Below the pieces are notes generated by a model. That model ran no database searches and was not told where the DNA came from. It saw nothing but the letters and a program-made list of their open reading frames with translations. A DNA stretch of 63,931 bases, counting the filler, from Octopus bimaculoides (Eukaryota): assembly GCF_001194135.2 (NCBI RefSeq). It is 7 parts of 7 records of this genome, joined end to end, with 100 filler letters (N's around TTAATTAATTAA, not from the genome) between each part and the next. Parts side by side here need not be neighbours in the genome. Positions count along the whole stretch, not along the records: positions 45,139 to 52,890 come from NC_068986.1; positions 52,991 to 61,483 come from NC_069003.1; positions 61,584 to 63,931 come from NC_068981.1; 4 more parts are not named here. The stretch is one strand, 5' to 3'. Each line of letters starts with the position of its first letter. Position 1 is the first letter of the stretch. Shown in pieces: positions 48,660 to 61,609 of this stretch. The position numbers were made by a program, and so were the translations under genes.

Positions 48660-50890
48660 ACACCACTTCCTCCTCTCTCTCCTCCCAGCCTTTCACCACC
48701 TCCACCACTCCTCCCCACCTAACTCTTCTACTGCCTCTGCAATCCCTCTCCCATCTAATTCACCATCTCCCCACTTCAGTCTCTTGCTACTATTCTTCAT
48801 GATATCCCCCCTCTCTGAAGCAGAGTGCTCTCTTCTCTGTAAGGGTCTGTACTTCGTCCTTCTCACTCTGTCCAGTAACAAGTTTCAAACTTGTTCTGAT
48901 ATCCAACGTGCCGCGTCAGGCTACATGCACTATTTCACAACACTCCACCTGCATCTAATGAAGAAGACTGCCGGTGAAGATGCTGATCATCCCACTGGAC
49001 ACCAGCTCCTGACCAGTTCCAAACAGTTGATCAATTTGCAAGCATCTACCAACATGTTGTGGACCAGTTCAACTTTTGCAGGCATACCCAACATCTCAAC
49101 ATCTCCCCAGCTGAACTCCTGGCCCTTTGGTGTCTCTGATGCCACAAGGATATCGTCATCAAACCAGCCAACAAGGGTAGAGCTGTAGTGGAGTGGCACG
49201 CAGACCTTTACAGGGCTGAATCTCTTCGTCAACTTCAAGATACTTCATTCTATTGCCCTCTGCCCTCCAACACCATGCCTAACTACCAACAGACTGTGTC
49301 CATCACTATTCATGACTTCATTTCCTCCTGCCATCTCCCTTCCACTGCCTCCAACCTCATTGCCCATACCCCAACTATTTACTTCCTTTCCAAAATTCAC
49401 AAGTCCAACAGCCCTGGCCACCCCATCGCCTCTGCCTGCAACTGCCCCACTGAAATGATCTCCAAATACGTCGACCATGACCTTACCCCACTGGTGGCTT
49501 CCTTCCCCTCACACAATTACAACACTAATTATGCTCTCCATCTGTTTTCTCCTGACCTTCTGGCCCCTCTCAATTTCTGTCTCTGTATACAGTGATCCCA
49601 CACAACAAAGGCCTTCTTGCACTTAAACACTTCCTTGGCTTTCGGCCCGACCCTCAACCTGACACCGCCACAATTCTTCATCTGGCCAAACTTGTCCTCT
49701 CTCTCAACTGCTTCTTGTTCACAGGGCAATTTTATCAACAAGTCTCAGGAGTGTCCATGGGAATGAGAATGGGGCCCAACTATGCAAACTTGTTTTTTGG
49801 CTATGCTGAAGCCCAAATATTTTCACAATTCACTGGTCCTGCTCCCGAGCTATACGGTTGTTGTATCAATGACTGTATCGGTATGACCTCACTCTCCTGC
49901 GAACATTTGGACTCCTTCCTCTCCTTTGTCCAATCCTTCTATTTTGCCCTCAAATTCTCCTGCATTATCTCTAATTCTTCTGTTGAATTTCTCAACATTT
50001 CTGTCAGCATATACCACTCCTCTACCACCACCTCCATCCACTAGAAACACACTGACTTACACTCCTATCTTAACTTCTTCTCCTCCCACCCTACCCACAC
50101 AAAGCACTCCAACCTCTACTCCCAATTCCTCCATCTACGCAGGTTCTGCAGTGATGACTATGACTTTGATACTCAGTCTCAACTCATGGCTCACCACTTC
50201 ATCCTACATGAATATCCCCTCACCATTATTCAAACTGCCTTTACCCGGGCACAATCTGTGGACCATGCCTCTGTTCTTCCTCCTCGCACCCGGCTCACCC
50301 ATACCCATCTCCCATTTTCCTTTACCTACACCTCCAACGTACCATTCTCCAAGCCTTCCAACGATTCCAGTTCGACCCCTCCACCTCATACATCTTCCCT
50401 AACCTACGCTTTCCTTCTTTCAAATGAGCCCAATGAGCCTATAATCTGCATGACCTCCTGGTTCACAGTTTCTACCCTATCCCTGCCTCCCAGCCTGATT
50501 CCTTCCCCTGCTTCCACCCACGCTGTCACACCTGCTTCTACCTCTCCAACACCACCATCCTCAATGGCACCCATCCACTGTCCCTTTCACATCACCAACT
50601 CCTTTACCTGCACTGCTAGTAATGTTATTTACTGCATCTCCTGCTCTCTCTGTCCTTCCCTGTATATTGGTCAAACAGGACGCCACTTGGCTGACCAGTT
50701 TGTGGAGCACCTCTGAGACATCAGACTTGGCAATGACACCTCAGTCTCATGCTACTTCAGCTCAACTGGTAATTTACTATAACATCTGTGTTCAGACTGT
50801 CTCTGCACAGGGGCCACCCAGACTTCTGCCTTCGTATGAACAGGAATTAATCTTCTCTCTTCGTTTCTTTGTGTCATATGGACTCAACTC
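48660..50890 (+). mobile_element. Penelope-like element (RT + GIY-YIG), decayed
   Basis: PTIYFLSKIHK...HPIASACNCPTEMISKYVD; SGVSMGMRMGPNYANLF; YGCCINDCIG (YIDD remnant); SNVIYCISCSLCPSLYIGQTGRHLADQFVEHL. Confidence 0.9.
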
Positions 50891-51132
50891 ACTACCTCTC
50901 TAATTCTGACACCAACTCCACACAGATTCCCACACACCTCCCACATTCAATTGCCTTCCCTCCACCTACACACCTGTATACCACCTACCTTGGTACCCTC
51001 ACCACACACACAGTACTATACAAACACCTATACACACTGTTCACTTCACACACACTAACACCAAACACTTTTCAGCAACCACATCACACACCACACACCA
51101 TTATCCACACACCAATACACAATCTTCAATAT

Positions 51133-51365
51133 AAGGCGGCGAGCTGGCAGAAACGTTAGCACGCCAGGTGAAATGCTTAGCAGTATTTCGTCTGCCGCTA
51201 CGTTCTGAGTTCAAATTCCGCCGAGGTCGACTTTGCCTTTCATCCTTTCGGGGTCGATTAAATAAGTACCAGTTACACACTGGGGTTGATATAATCGACT
51301 TAATTCGTTTGTCTGTCCTTGTTTGTCCCCTCGGTGTGTGGCCCCTTGTGGGTAGTAAAGAAATA
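51133..51365 (+). mobile_element. SINE family B, young full-length copy
   Basis: aaggcggcgagctggcagaaacgttagcacgcc...ggtcgactttgcctttcatcctttcggggtcg...gtagtaaagaaataa. Confidence 0.9.
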
Positions 51366-51788
51366 ACACAATCTTCAATAGCATCACCATACATACCAGT
51401 ATATGAGCAACCACAAACACATGTACACTCCCACACCCACACAAGCACATAATACTTGAACACAGACAAGATATACACACACACGCAACATGCATAAACA
51501 CACAGAACATGCATAGACAAAGATAACTTTCGCCCACAAACATGCACTATACACATGTACACTATTTTATCAGACACACACATGCACACACACACACATG
51601 TGCACACACCACCTGAACAAGCACACATAACTGCTACACACAACACACACATGCTAGACTCACTTGCTCCCATTCACACACACTTGTTAGACTCACACCT
51701 AATCACACATACACACTCACACACACCATTCTCACATACACACACACTCTTGTGCACTTTAGTTCGTTGGGGTCACCATCACCTTTAC

Positions 51789-51827
<39 letters not shown>

Positions 51828-51944
51828 CATCCCCCTTTCATTCGATCTCTTTTTTTTCCAGTCACCTCGCCATGTTGGACTGTTGAACTCTGCACTTTTT
51901 TCTCTCTCAGTTTTTTTCATTCTCTCTCCAATTTTTTTCTTTTT

Positions 51945-52077
51945 AGTACTTTATGTCAAAGAGCATAGGTTTGAAATATAAAAGACTTTTCCATTTTTCC
52001 TAGGCATTAAACAAATACACCTCTTTGTTGTTCCTACACCTGTCTTCATCTTCTGTTTTCTGTAAATTTGAACTATA
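51945..52077 (+). mobile_element. Probable PLE 3' terminal repeat remnant
   Basis: Downstream of the 48.7-50.9 kb PLE; tail shared with 45171-45240; possible decayed hammerhead (gagc ataggttt gaaa). Confidence 0.4.
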
Positions 52078-52151
52078 GATACATACATACATAGATATCT
52101 ACCTTTATCTATAACTTAGAGTGTGCTTCTTTTTTGGATTTATAATTTACT

Positions 52152-52194
<43 letters not shown>

Positions 52195-52589
52195 CACACA
52201 CACATAGTACAACCTAGGTAATAACCCCATAACATAACATGCATTTTAAAAGCTCCTATACCTTGGCTATCACATGCCATCCTACAGCAGCATATTTTCA
52301 AAGGATGGATAAACATATGAAACTTTGCTGTTGCGTAGAATATAGCAGGCTTTAATAACAAATTACAACATTTGTTTCTGTATTGGACACCAGCTTTAAA
52401 TTCCAGAGCTTACATTTATATTCTTTAGAATAACTATATAAATAAATATTTTTTCAGTAACAGCTAAAGTATCAATGCTTCTTCAGACAGAATGCGATTA
52501 AGTACAGTTGGATTTCTTTGAATTTCCTCAGATATACCATGTCTATTATTCTCCACCAATCAGTTCATTAGATAATATGTACATTCTTT

Positions 52590-52798
52590 TATTCTTTTAC
52601 TTGTTCAGTCATTTGACTGTGGCTATGCTGGAACACCACCTTAAAGGGTTTCATTGGAAGAAATTGACCCCAGGACTTATTCTTTGTAAGCCCGTACTTA
52701 TTCTATCAGTCACTTTTGTCAAACCACTAAGTTACAGAGACGTAAACACACCAACATCAGTGGTCAAGTGATGATGGAGAAACAAACACAGACACAAA

Positions 52799-52800
<2 letters not shown>
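52590..52800 (-). mobile_element. SINE family A tail
   Basis: ttcagtcatttgactgtggctatgctggaacacc...ccaggacttattctttgtaagcc. Confidence 0.8.
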
Positions 52801-52890
<90 letters not shown>

Positions 52891-53670
52891 NNNNNNNNNN
52901 NNNNNNNNNNNNNNNNNNNNNNNNNNNNNNNNNNTTAATTAATTAANNNNNNNNNNNNNNNNNNNNNNNNNNNNNNNNNNNNNNNNNNNNATATATATAT
53001 ATATAATTGGGGATGTAACACATGCGTCCAAATACCTGTGCACCTAGATATATTTCTAGCAATATGCTGGCATACTTCTTAAATAAGACGTCATGTGCTG
53101 TTTTCTACTTTTGTGCGTGCACACACGAAAGCTTGTGTATATGATTGAACACGTCGGTGTTTATATGCGTACGTGCGTGCGTGTGAACTTTACGATCGAG
53201 AGAGACCAGAATATGAGCGAATCGTGACACTCATTAAACGACGTTCAACTAATTGCGATATGAATGTTTGTGTGTATGTGTGTGTGCACGCGTAGTATTC
53301 TGCGTGTTCAGTTAGATATACGACTATTACTGTATAAGTGAGAGCTTAACGTAGATTATCATTACCCAGTCAGCTTCCGGTATCGGGGATAGCTTAGTAC
53401 TATACGTGGCAGTGTTACTAGTTATGATATACATAATGACAATTAAGATAGAACTTATATAAATATAAATATTTAGTTCGTTCGTAGTTTCGCCATTGCA
53501 ATTACTTGAAACTCAACTCCGGATGTCCCCAAGTGCATTCGGTTGCCTAGCTACAATGAATCATGTGGGAAACACGTATTGCATCAGTAAAAGAAAAAAA
53601 ATATTTACTAAATTCCAAAAAAAACTGCAGTGATGAAACGCCCGTAGGAACTAATTATTTATATTATTTC

Positions 53671-54443
53671 AGTTCCTTCTAGCGTGCAAGGAATCCTATG
53701 ATGGATACCTCTTATGTGTTTAAATGTATACTGTATTTATATGAATAATATATGGACTAATTTTTTTTACACGCCAGGCCACTGGTAGTAGAAATTTCTA
53801 ATATTTCTTATTACCCTGATATTATTAATTATTGATAATTTTTTCTAGAAAATTTTCGAATGAAACGCCGGCATCATTTTTATTTACTGCCGACAAGGAG
53901 CTGCGTCCGCGTGGTAGTTTTGAAAAATTAGAATGTATAAGCACGGGGCATATGTTGGATTGCCTCGTGCTTATATGTTTAATCTAGGTGTATCTGCTGA
54001 CGAAGACTTCGCCTGGCAAATTATTTTATTTGCTAAAAAAGTCTGAAACCNNNNNNNNNNNNNAGTTCCTTCTAGCGTGCAAGGAATCCTATGATGGATA
54101 CCTCTTATGTGTTTAAATGTATACTGTATTTATATGAATAATATATGGACTAATTTTTTTTACACGCCAGGCCACTGGTAGTAGAAATTTCTAATATTTC
54201 TTATTACCCTGATATTATTAATTATTGATAATTTTTTCTAGAAAATTTTCGAATGAAACGCCGGCATCATTTTTATTTACTGCCGACAAGGAGCTGCGTC
54301 CGCGTGGTAGTTTTGAAAAATTAGAATGTATAAGCACGGGGCATATGTTGGATTGCCTCGTGCTTATATGTTTAATCTAGGTGTATCTGCTGACGAAGAC
54401 TTCGCCTGGCAAATTATTTTATTTGCTAAAAAAGTCTGAAACC
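53671..54443. other. Exact 380-bp direct duplication either side of a 13-N gap (probable unmerged contig overlap)
   Basis: 53671-54050 matches 54064-54443. Confidence 0.75.
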
Positions 54444-54572
54444 ATGGTCCGGGAGATAGATGGTAAATGTTTTTATTTTACATTCCCTTCGAAATTTATC
54501 CCTAGTAATGGTTTGGATTTGAGCTGTACCTTCAAGGAATCCTATGATGGATACCTCTTATGTGTTTAAATG
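54080..54572 (+). mobile_element. Retrozyme-like 453-bp monomer with a 40-bp terminal direct repeat and a hammerhead
   Basis: caaggaatcctatgatggatacctcttatgtgtttaaatg at 54080 and 54533; internal hairpin AAGCACGGGGCA/TGCCTCGTGCTT; hammerhead at 54381-54460. Confidence 0.6.
54381..54460 (+). ncRNA. Type-I hammerhead ribozyme motif with intact core
   Basis: UAUCUG-CUGACGA-AGAC...GCAAAU/AUUUGC...GUCU-GAAA-CCAUG-GUC^CGGGAGAUA; palindromic ACCAUGGU stem III; predicted cleavage after 54449. Confidence 0.7.
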
Positions 54573-54904
54573 CACACAGTAGCGTTTAACGTGTGTTTGT
54601 GTTGTGTTTAGCAGCTGATGTGTGCTTTTTCATGTGGTGTGGGCATATCTGTATGTGCGTGTGTGTGTGTCTGTGACCAAATAGTCTGCATGTGTATAGT
54701 GTATGCTTGCGGATGAAAGTTATCTTTGCCCATGTGTGTTGCTTGTGTATGTATATATTGTCTGTATTATGTGCTAGTGTGTGGGGGGGGAGTGTGCATG
54801 ATGGTGTGTGGTGTGTCTATAGAGTTAAAGTGTGTAGCTGCTCATATAGGGCCTCACCATGTGCGTTTTTGTTAGCGTGTGTGTGTATGTAGGTGTGTGT
54901 TTGT

Positions 54905-55110
54905 GTGCCTGTGTTTGTCCCCCTAACATCGCTTGACATCCGATGTTGGTATGTTTACGTTCCAGTAACTCAGCGTTTCGGCAAATAGTGACCGATAGAA
55001 TAAGTATTAGGCTTACAAAGAATAAGTCCTGGGGTCGATTTGTTCGACTAAAAGGTGGTGCTCCAGCATAGCCGCAGTCAAATGACTGAAACAAATAAAA
55101 GAATAAAAGA
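54905..55110 (+). mobile_element. SINE family A tail
   Basis: ctaacatcgcttgacatccgatg...gactgaaacaaataaaagaataaaagaata. Confidence 0.85.
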
Positions 55111-55216
55111 ATATATATATGCATGTATGTGCGTATGTTTTTGTATGTATGTATGTATGTATGTATGTATGTATGTATGTATATGCATATTTGAATCAAC
55201 ATGTGTACGATGGAAG

Positions 55217-55255
<39 letters not shown>

Positions 55256-55269
55256 ATACATAATTTATA

Positions 55270-55347
<78 letters not shown>

Positions 55348-55681
55348 TACATGTTTATAAGCAAGCATGTACGTATGCAAATATTTATGAATGCATTCAT
55401 GTGTACGTGTGTGTGTATGTCTGTATGTGTGAGTGTACGTGAATTTCTATATATGTGTGTGTGTGTGTGTGTGCATGTGTATGCATCTGTGTGTGTGTGT
55501 GTACGTGTGTATTTATGTATATATGTATAGTTCCGAGTATACACATTCACAAAATGACGAAATAGAACACATTTATTATAAATTACCAAATCAAAATAGT
55601 CGACTGGACATATTATATTAATAAATTGGTCTGCTTCCTTCATACATTTTGCAGGCTTATCGACATTTTCAAACCCACGCA

Positions 55682-55757
<76 letters not shown>

Positions 55758-56484
55758 CTCATACACACAGAGACGCGTAAATGCTGTCACGCAATACACA
55801 TCTGCTGGACGGTGTTCGTAGAACCGTATATATATCAATGACATAAAACGTGTGTTTGTGTGTGTGCGTGTGTGTGCGTGCGTGTGCATGTGTGTGTGTG
55901 TGTGATTGAATGCGCTTTTATATCATTATGGATGTTTCTAGACTGTACAAATGAAAAAGACGCACACACATATATACACACATGCGTACATGCACATACA
56001 CATACACACATATATACGCATACACACATACATACGCATGCATACACACACATACATATATACATACACATTCATATGCACATGCACATACCTACACAGA
56101 CACTCACACACACACACACACATACACATGCACACATTGATACGCATATACATACACACATACTCCCAAAGCCGTTAAATATGGTTTCTATCAATGCCCA
56201 CCCCACATATATTCTTTTCTCCTTATATTCTGTTATTCGGTTATTCAGTTACTGTTTTCACTCGTTCGAATGCGGTCGACACTGAGTGCACCAGAATGTA
56301 GTTTCTTCTTTTTTGTCTTTTTTATTTTTATTTTATTATCGCCTATCATATCGAACCAGTTGATATTTCAGTTTTGTACTAATTTTATCGATCCGTATTT
56401 GACGAATTGCGAAATAACATTTGTCAAAAGCGGACACAACTCGAGATTAGCTTACACCATCAAGCATATGCTTCCAAACGCAAG

Positions 56485-56910
56485 GCAACGTGCTGGCAGA
56501 AACGTTAGCACGCCGGGTTAAATTCTTAGCGGTATTTCGTCTGCCGTTACGTTCTGAGTTCAAATTGCCTTTCATCCTTTCGGGGTCGATAAATTAAGTA
56601 CCAGTTGCGTACTGGGGTCGATCTAATCGACTGGCCGCCTCCCCAAAAATTTCGGGCCTTGTGACTAGAGTAGAAAAATTATTTGTATAGCTCTAAGGCG
56701 GTGAGCTGGCAGAAACGTTAGCACGCTGGGCGAAATGCTTAGCGGTCTTTCGAGTCTTTAAGTTCTGAGTGAAAATTTCTCTGAAGTCAACTTTGCCTTT
56801 CATCTTTCGGGGTCGATTAAATAAATACCAGTTGCATACTGGGTCGACGACAGTGACTTACCCCACTTCTCCGAAATTGCTGGCCTTGTGCCAGAATTTG
56901 AAGCCAATTT
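56485..56910 (+). mobile_element. Two tandem SINE family B copies
   Basis: Heads at ~56485 and ~56694, both with the gcctttcatc.tttcggggtcgat body. Confidence 0.85.
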
Positions 56911-56929
56911 TTATCCCAACTTTAAAAGA

Positions 56930-57830
56930 GATGTTGTGTTAGAACACAGAATACTGCGAGGGTGACCATAACAGAACTTCTTGTATGGTTTTGTGGTGCC
57001 TATAATTACTCTTGTTTCTGTCACAAGCGGGAGACAATCACTGCCATCACCGCCACTAGGACAACCAGATCACATGATATCGGTCTTTCTTGGTCTATTG
57101 TCTATATATGGTCTACTCTTCATCAGTATTTTCCAGTCTATTTGAGAGTGAATGCTGCCGTCTTTCAGACTCCAGATATAACTAGATAAGGCTGTTCTTT
57201 TTGTTTCTCCTGACAATATACACAGAGAAAGCAGTCTAGTTGTCGTTTCGCTGCCTGAACTTCCCTCTGTTATCCTTATGTCAGTAAAAGTTACTGCCAG
57301 GAAGCTATTATCTATGTTATTCTTTGCATTTAATGATTATGGGGTATACTGTAAAGTATGTTTTTAGTTCTGCAAGGTGAAGATTAGGCATTTATTATCT
57401 TTTCTCTTTAAAGCTACTATTTTGGAAAGCTCTATTGTAATGTGAGTTTTACTCTGCCAAAGATTCTATCAAAGAAGGATTAGAGATTCCTCAGCTAACA
57501 TTGTGGATTATAGTTTTTAGTGATAAAGTAAAGTCGTTCACCAGATTTTACAGTTTGTATGCATCTAGCTTATTGGTGTTAATATTTTGTATTTTTTAGA
57601 TTCAGGTTGTTAAAGATGCTTATTAGCTCTTTCTTAAATGTGTCCAATGCACGCCATGTTTTTTGTTGTGCAACGGCCAAGCCATCATTTCTATGTAACC
57701 CGATATTTGAGTTACTAAATATAATCTTTAAAACATCTAATATATTTTGGCTGATCCTACATCTTCATATATCCATCAGTACGTTCTTCCGAAAACAACT
57801 CCTGAATTATCAAAGAACCATTTAAAGGAA
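56930..57830 (-). mobile_element. Penelope-like element fragment (GLYRDDGL-type RT + GIY-YIG), heavily decayed
   Basis: Minus strand SNIGLHRNDGLAVAQQK...FKKELISIFNNLNLKI and KRTALSSYIWSLKDGSIHSQIDWKILMKSRPY. Confidence 0.7.
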
Positions 57831-57939
57831 TAAAACCACATGCATATATTTCATAAACACATGTGAATTAAAACATGTTACAATTTCTCGAAACGTTCCC
57901 AAATAAGAGACAAGCTGTATTCATATTCTTTTCTAATCT

Positions 57940-58070
57940 ATGCACAAAGCCCGAAATTTGGGGGCGGGGACCGGTCGATTAGATTGACCCCAGTACGCAA
58001 CTGGTACTTAATTTATCGACCCCGAAAGGATGAAAGACAAAGTCGACCTCGGCGGAATTTGAACTCAGAG
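57940..58070 (-). mobile_element. SINE family B, partial
   Basis: ggtcgattagattgaccccagtacgcaactggtact...aaagtcgacctcggcggaatttgaactcaga. Confidence 0.8.
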
Positions 58071-58749
58071 CTGGTTATATTTGATCAACTGCTAGCTGCC
58101 CAACTAGGAATTAGAGGAAGACCAAGTGAATGTCAAATGTAGGGAGTCGATAAAATTATACCTTCTTGGTACCTGACATTTAAACAGCAGTGGTGTTGTG
58201 ATAAGGACATTGTACCATAGTTGACATTCTCACTGGTAAGCCTTCTCTCAGTTGAATTATCTCGCTAACTAGATTTTGCCTGTGGTCGCCTCTCAGTCAT
58301 CTCTTTTTTGCCAGGGAATCTTCTGTATATATATATATAATTATCGCAAGATCGCAAGAAAGAGAGCCATACCGTTATCCAAACAATGGGTATTCTGAGA
58401 GGTCGATTGTTCTGTTAATTTAACTCTCCACCGCACACAAAAAGGTTAGCAGAGGTCAAGTGGCAAAGACATAATTCTGCTTAGCGAAGGAATCTGGTAA
58501 ATGTAACTGCTGTCAGCTGAATGTTTCTCTATGGGAAAAGTTCGTTGTATTTGTTAAGTGAAATTTGATTATCGAGGATCGAATCCACGCTATGCCTGCA
58601 TGAAACCACTACATATATATGCATGTATGCATTTTTGTATGCATGTATATATTTATGCATGTATATATTTATGCATGTATGTATGTATGCATGTATGCAT
58701 GTATGTATGCATGCATGCATGTATGTATGTATATATGTATGTATGTATA

Positions 58750-59210
58750 CAGTAATCCCTCGTGGCATACTGTATACGTCCTAGAAGACCCCACGGTAGG
58801 CGAAAACGCACGAAGTGGAAACAGTACAGTACTGTATTATTTTGCTATTATTTTCACTACTTATACATATTTATTTTATTATAAATGCTAAACAACACCA
58901 CACACTCGCCTCTCGAGTTTCGTTTTCCATACAGTATGTGCAATTCCTTGTTTAGTCATCCACGGTACACTACGTATTTTCTTTTTAATATATTTTAATT
59001 AATGTGTTATACAGTGCAGTACTGAGCTGTATTTTTATTTATTAATTTATGAATTTTTAGGCGAGAAAATTCTTATTTTACCACAGAAATAATTAAAATC
59101 TAAAAAGATATAAACTCCTATCGGTCGCAGAAACCCGCGATATACTGAGGAATCCGCGATATAAATTTACATATATTAGCCAGAAAAAAATTCGCGATGT
59201 ACTGAGGACT
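58750..59210. mobile_element. Tigger/pogo-like MITE
   Basis: TA-CAGTAATCCCTCG start and repeated CCGCGAT(A)TACTGAGG subterminal motifs; right TIR degenerate. Confidence 0.55.
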
Positions 59211-59441
59211 TATGTGTGTATCTATGTATGTATGAATGCATTTATATATTATGTGTGTTTGTATGTACGCAGGACTGTATGTATGCCCGTACGTACGTAC
59301 GTATGTATGTATGTATGAAATGATGGATAGATGGATGGATGGATGTTCTGCCTCAGACAGAACGGACATTAAAATGACCTGATATTTCCATTTCTTTTTC
59401 TACAGATATGCGTGTATGTGTATTTGTGTAAGTTGTGTGTG

Positions 59442-59479
<38 letters not shown>

Positions 59480-59502
59480 CGTGTGGGAGCGAATATGTTT
59501 GT

Positions 59503-59510
59503 TGACGTCA
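59503..59510. promoter_or_regulatory. Perfect CRE palindrome TGACGTCA
   Basis: Sequence match only; ATTGG (CCAAT box) ~25 bp downstream. Confidence 0.25.
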
Positions 59511-60162
59511 TTCGCGTATATGTCCATTTGCTGATTGGCTGAAAATAACTTTCCTGTGTTGATGAAAATTTTCGGAAAAGAAGAAAAAAAAAAACAAAAT
59601 GTATATATATCTATCTATCAATCTATTTCCACAGAAATGCGCTCACACACACACCCACATACACCACACACAANNNNNNNNNNNNNNNNNNNNNNNNNNN
59701 NNNNNNNNNNNNNNNNNNNNNNNNNNNNNNNNNNNNNNNNNNNNNNNNNNNNNNNNNNNNNNNNNNNNNNNNNNNNNNNNNNNNNNNNNNNNNNNNNNNN
59801 NNNNNNNNNNNNNNNNNNNNNNNNNNNNNNNNNNNNNNNNNNNNNNNNNNNNNNNNNNNNNNNNNNNNNNNNNNNNNNNNNNNNNNNNNNNNNNNNNNNN
59901 NNNNNNNNNNNNNNNNNNNNNNNNNNNNNNNNNNNNNNNNNNNNNNNNNTATATATATATATATATATATATATATTTTCATGGTTATGCACACATATAT
60001 GTACATATATGTACATTTATACATATACATATTTATGTATAAATATATATATATATATAAACATATATACATATTTATAAATGTATATATATATGCACAT
60101 ATATGTACATATGTACATATGCACATATGTATATATAGATACATGTGCATGTGTACACATAT

Positions 60163-60203
<41 letters not shown>

Positions 60204-60392
60204 GTAAGATAGCCAGCTAGCTAGCTAGATAGATAAGTACATACATACATATACATACACACACGCATTATGTATATATATATATATGTGTGTGTGTATA
60301 TATATACACACATACACATACACAATATTATATATGCTGACTCAAACATCAGGATAAGTATAATAGTGTAACATCTCCCACACTTTCTCTGA

Positions 60393-60453
<61 letters not shown>

Positions 60454-60530
60454 CGAGTGTGTGTGTGTACGCGTGTGTGTGTGTGTATGTGTGTGTGTGT
60501 TGTTGTTGGAAAAAATGCGAATCTATCTGT

Positions 60531-60538
60531 TGACGTCA
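60531..60538. promoter_or_regulatory. Perfect CRE palindrome TGACGTCA
   Basis: Sequence match only; flank similar to 59503. Confidence 0.25.
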
Positions 60539-60927
60539 TTTTAGAAATGTGTCCGTTTCAAAAATGGCTTAGAATTACTCTCCTCTGTTGATATGACAGG
60601 AAGCAAAAATTCTACACTTTTAATAATTGTAGGGCATCGAAATGAATTGAAACATATTCTAAGCAAAAGGACCTCTGTTCAAAATACACCAGACGACACA
60701 TTTTATGACCACAAGAAGGTTATAAGATTTTACACCAACACTCACCTCTGGGTGCACTGCTTATTATATTAGAAACACCTGTAAGCACATGAAGAGATTG
60801 CATAATGCCTGTTCTTTTGTCATCCATTAATTAATTTTATACTCTGTAGTCATCTAACACTATTCTCTGAAGCACAACTATGTTGAGTTCTAAAAACTGG
60901 ATATTAGTATTGATACGCCTAAACGCA

Positions 60928-61003
<76 letters not shown>

Positions 61004-61021
61004 ATTTGTAAACATAATTCT

Positions 61022-61208
61022 TGTTTTTATGAGAGCTTGCCAGACAGTATTTTTGATAGGTTTACTGTCCCTGAACAATCTTCAGGCACTGCTCACGTGT
61101 TATGCAATGTAAGCAGTGCCTGAAGATTGTGCCTGACACCAAACATGTAAAAAAAAATATTGTCTGGCATGATCCCGTCACATGAAACTAAAAGTAGCAC
61201 ATAAAAAC
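61022..61208. mobile_element. Palindromic element with a perfect 18-bp inner stem and hammerhead-like remnants on both strands
   Basis: CAATCTTCAGGCACTGCT (61076-61093) / AGCAGTGCCTGAAGATTG (61112-61129); outer gccagacagtatttt / aaaatattgtctggc. Confidence 0.6.
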
Positions 61209-61609
61209 ATATATTGTGTTTATTAGATATTTTATGTCTCACCAGATGGAATGCATTTTTTGTTGATCTTATTTATCATCACGGAAGAGTATACTTGAGT
61301 TATATAGTATCGTCTGCTTTAATGAAATATTAAACCTGAGAATAGCAAGCTTCAGTTATGTACGCGTGTGTGCGTGCCTGTGTAGTGTTAAAACTTTATA
61401 TAGATTACCATTATCCAATAAGGTTCGAGTATAGTTGTTAGTCGACCACTGTACTTAGCAGTGTTACTAGTTATAATATAGTGNNNNNNNNNNNNNNNNN
61501 NNNNNNNNNNNNNNNNNNNNNNNNNNNTTAATTAATTAANNNNNNNNNNNNNNNNNNNNNNNNNNNNNNNNNNNNNNNNNNNNTATATATATATATATAT
61601 ATATATCAC

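Noticed and set aside
52262-52379. Minus-strand segment with AG/GT boundaries (NKCCNLLLKPAIF...)
   Set aside because: No homology recognised and weak polypyrimidine tract.
53671-54050. Apparent second tandem copy of the retrozyme-like unit
   Set aside because: Exactly identical, includes the same unique flank and stops at the gap; most likely an assembly overlap. Long reads would be needed to call it a true dimer.
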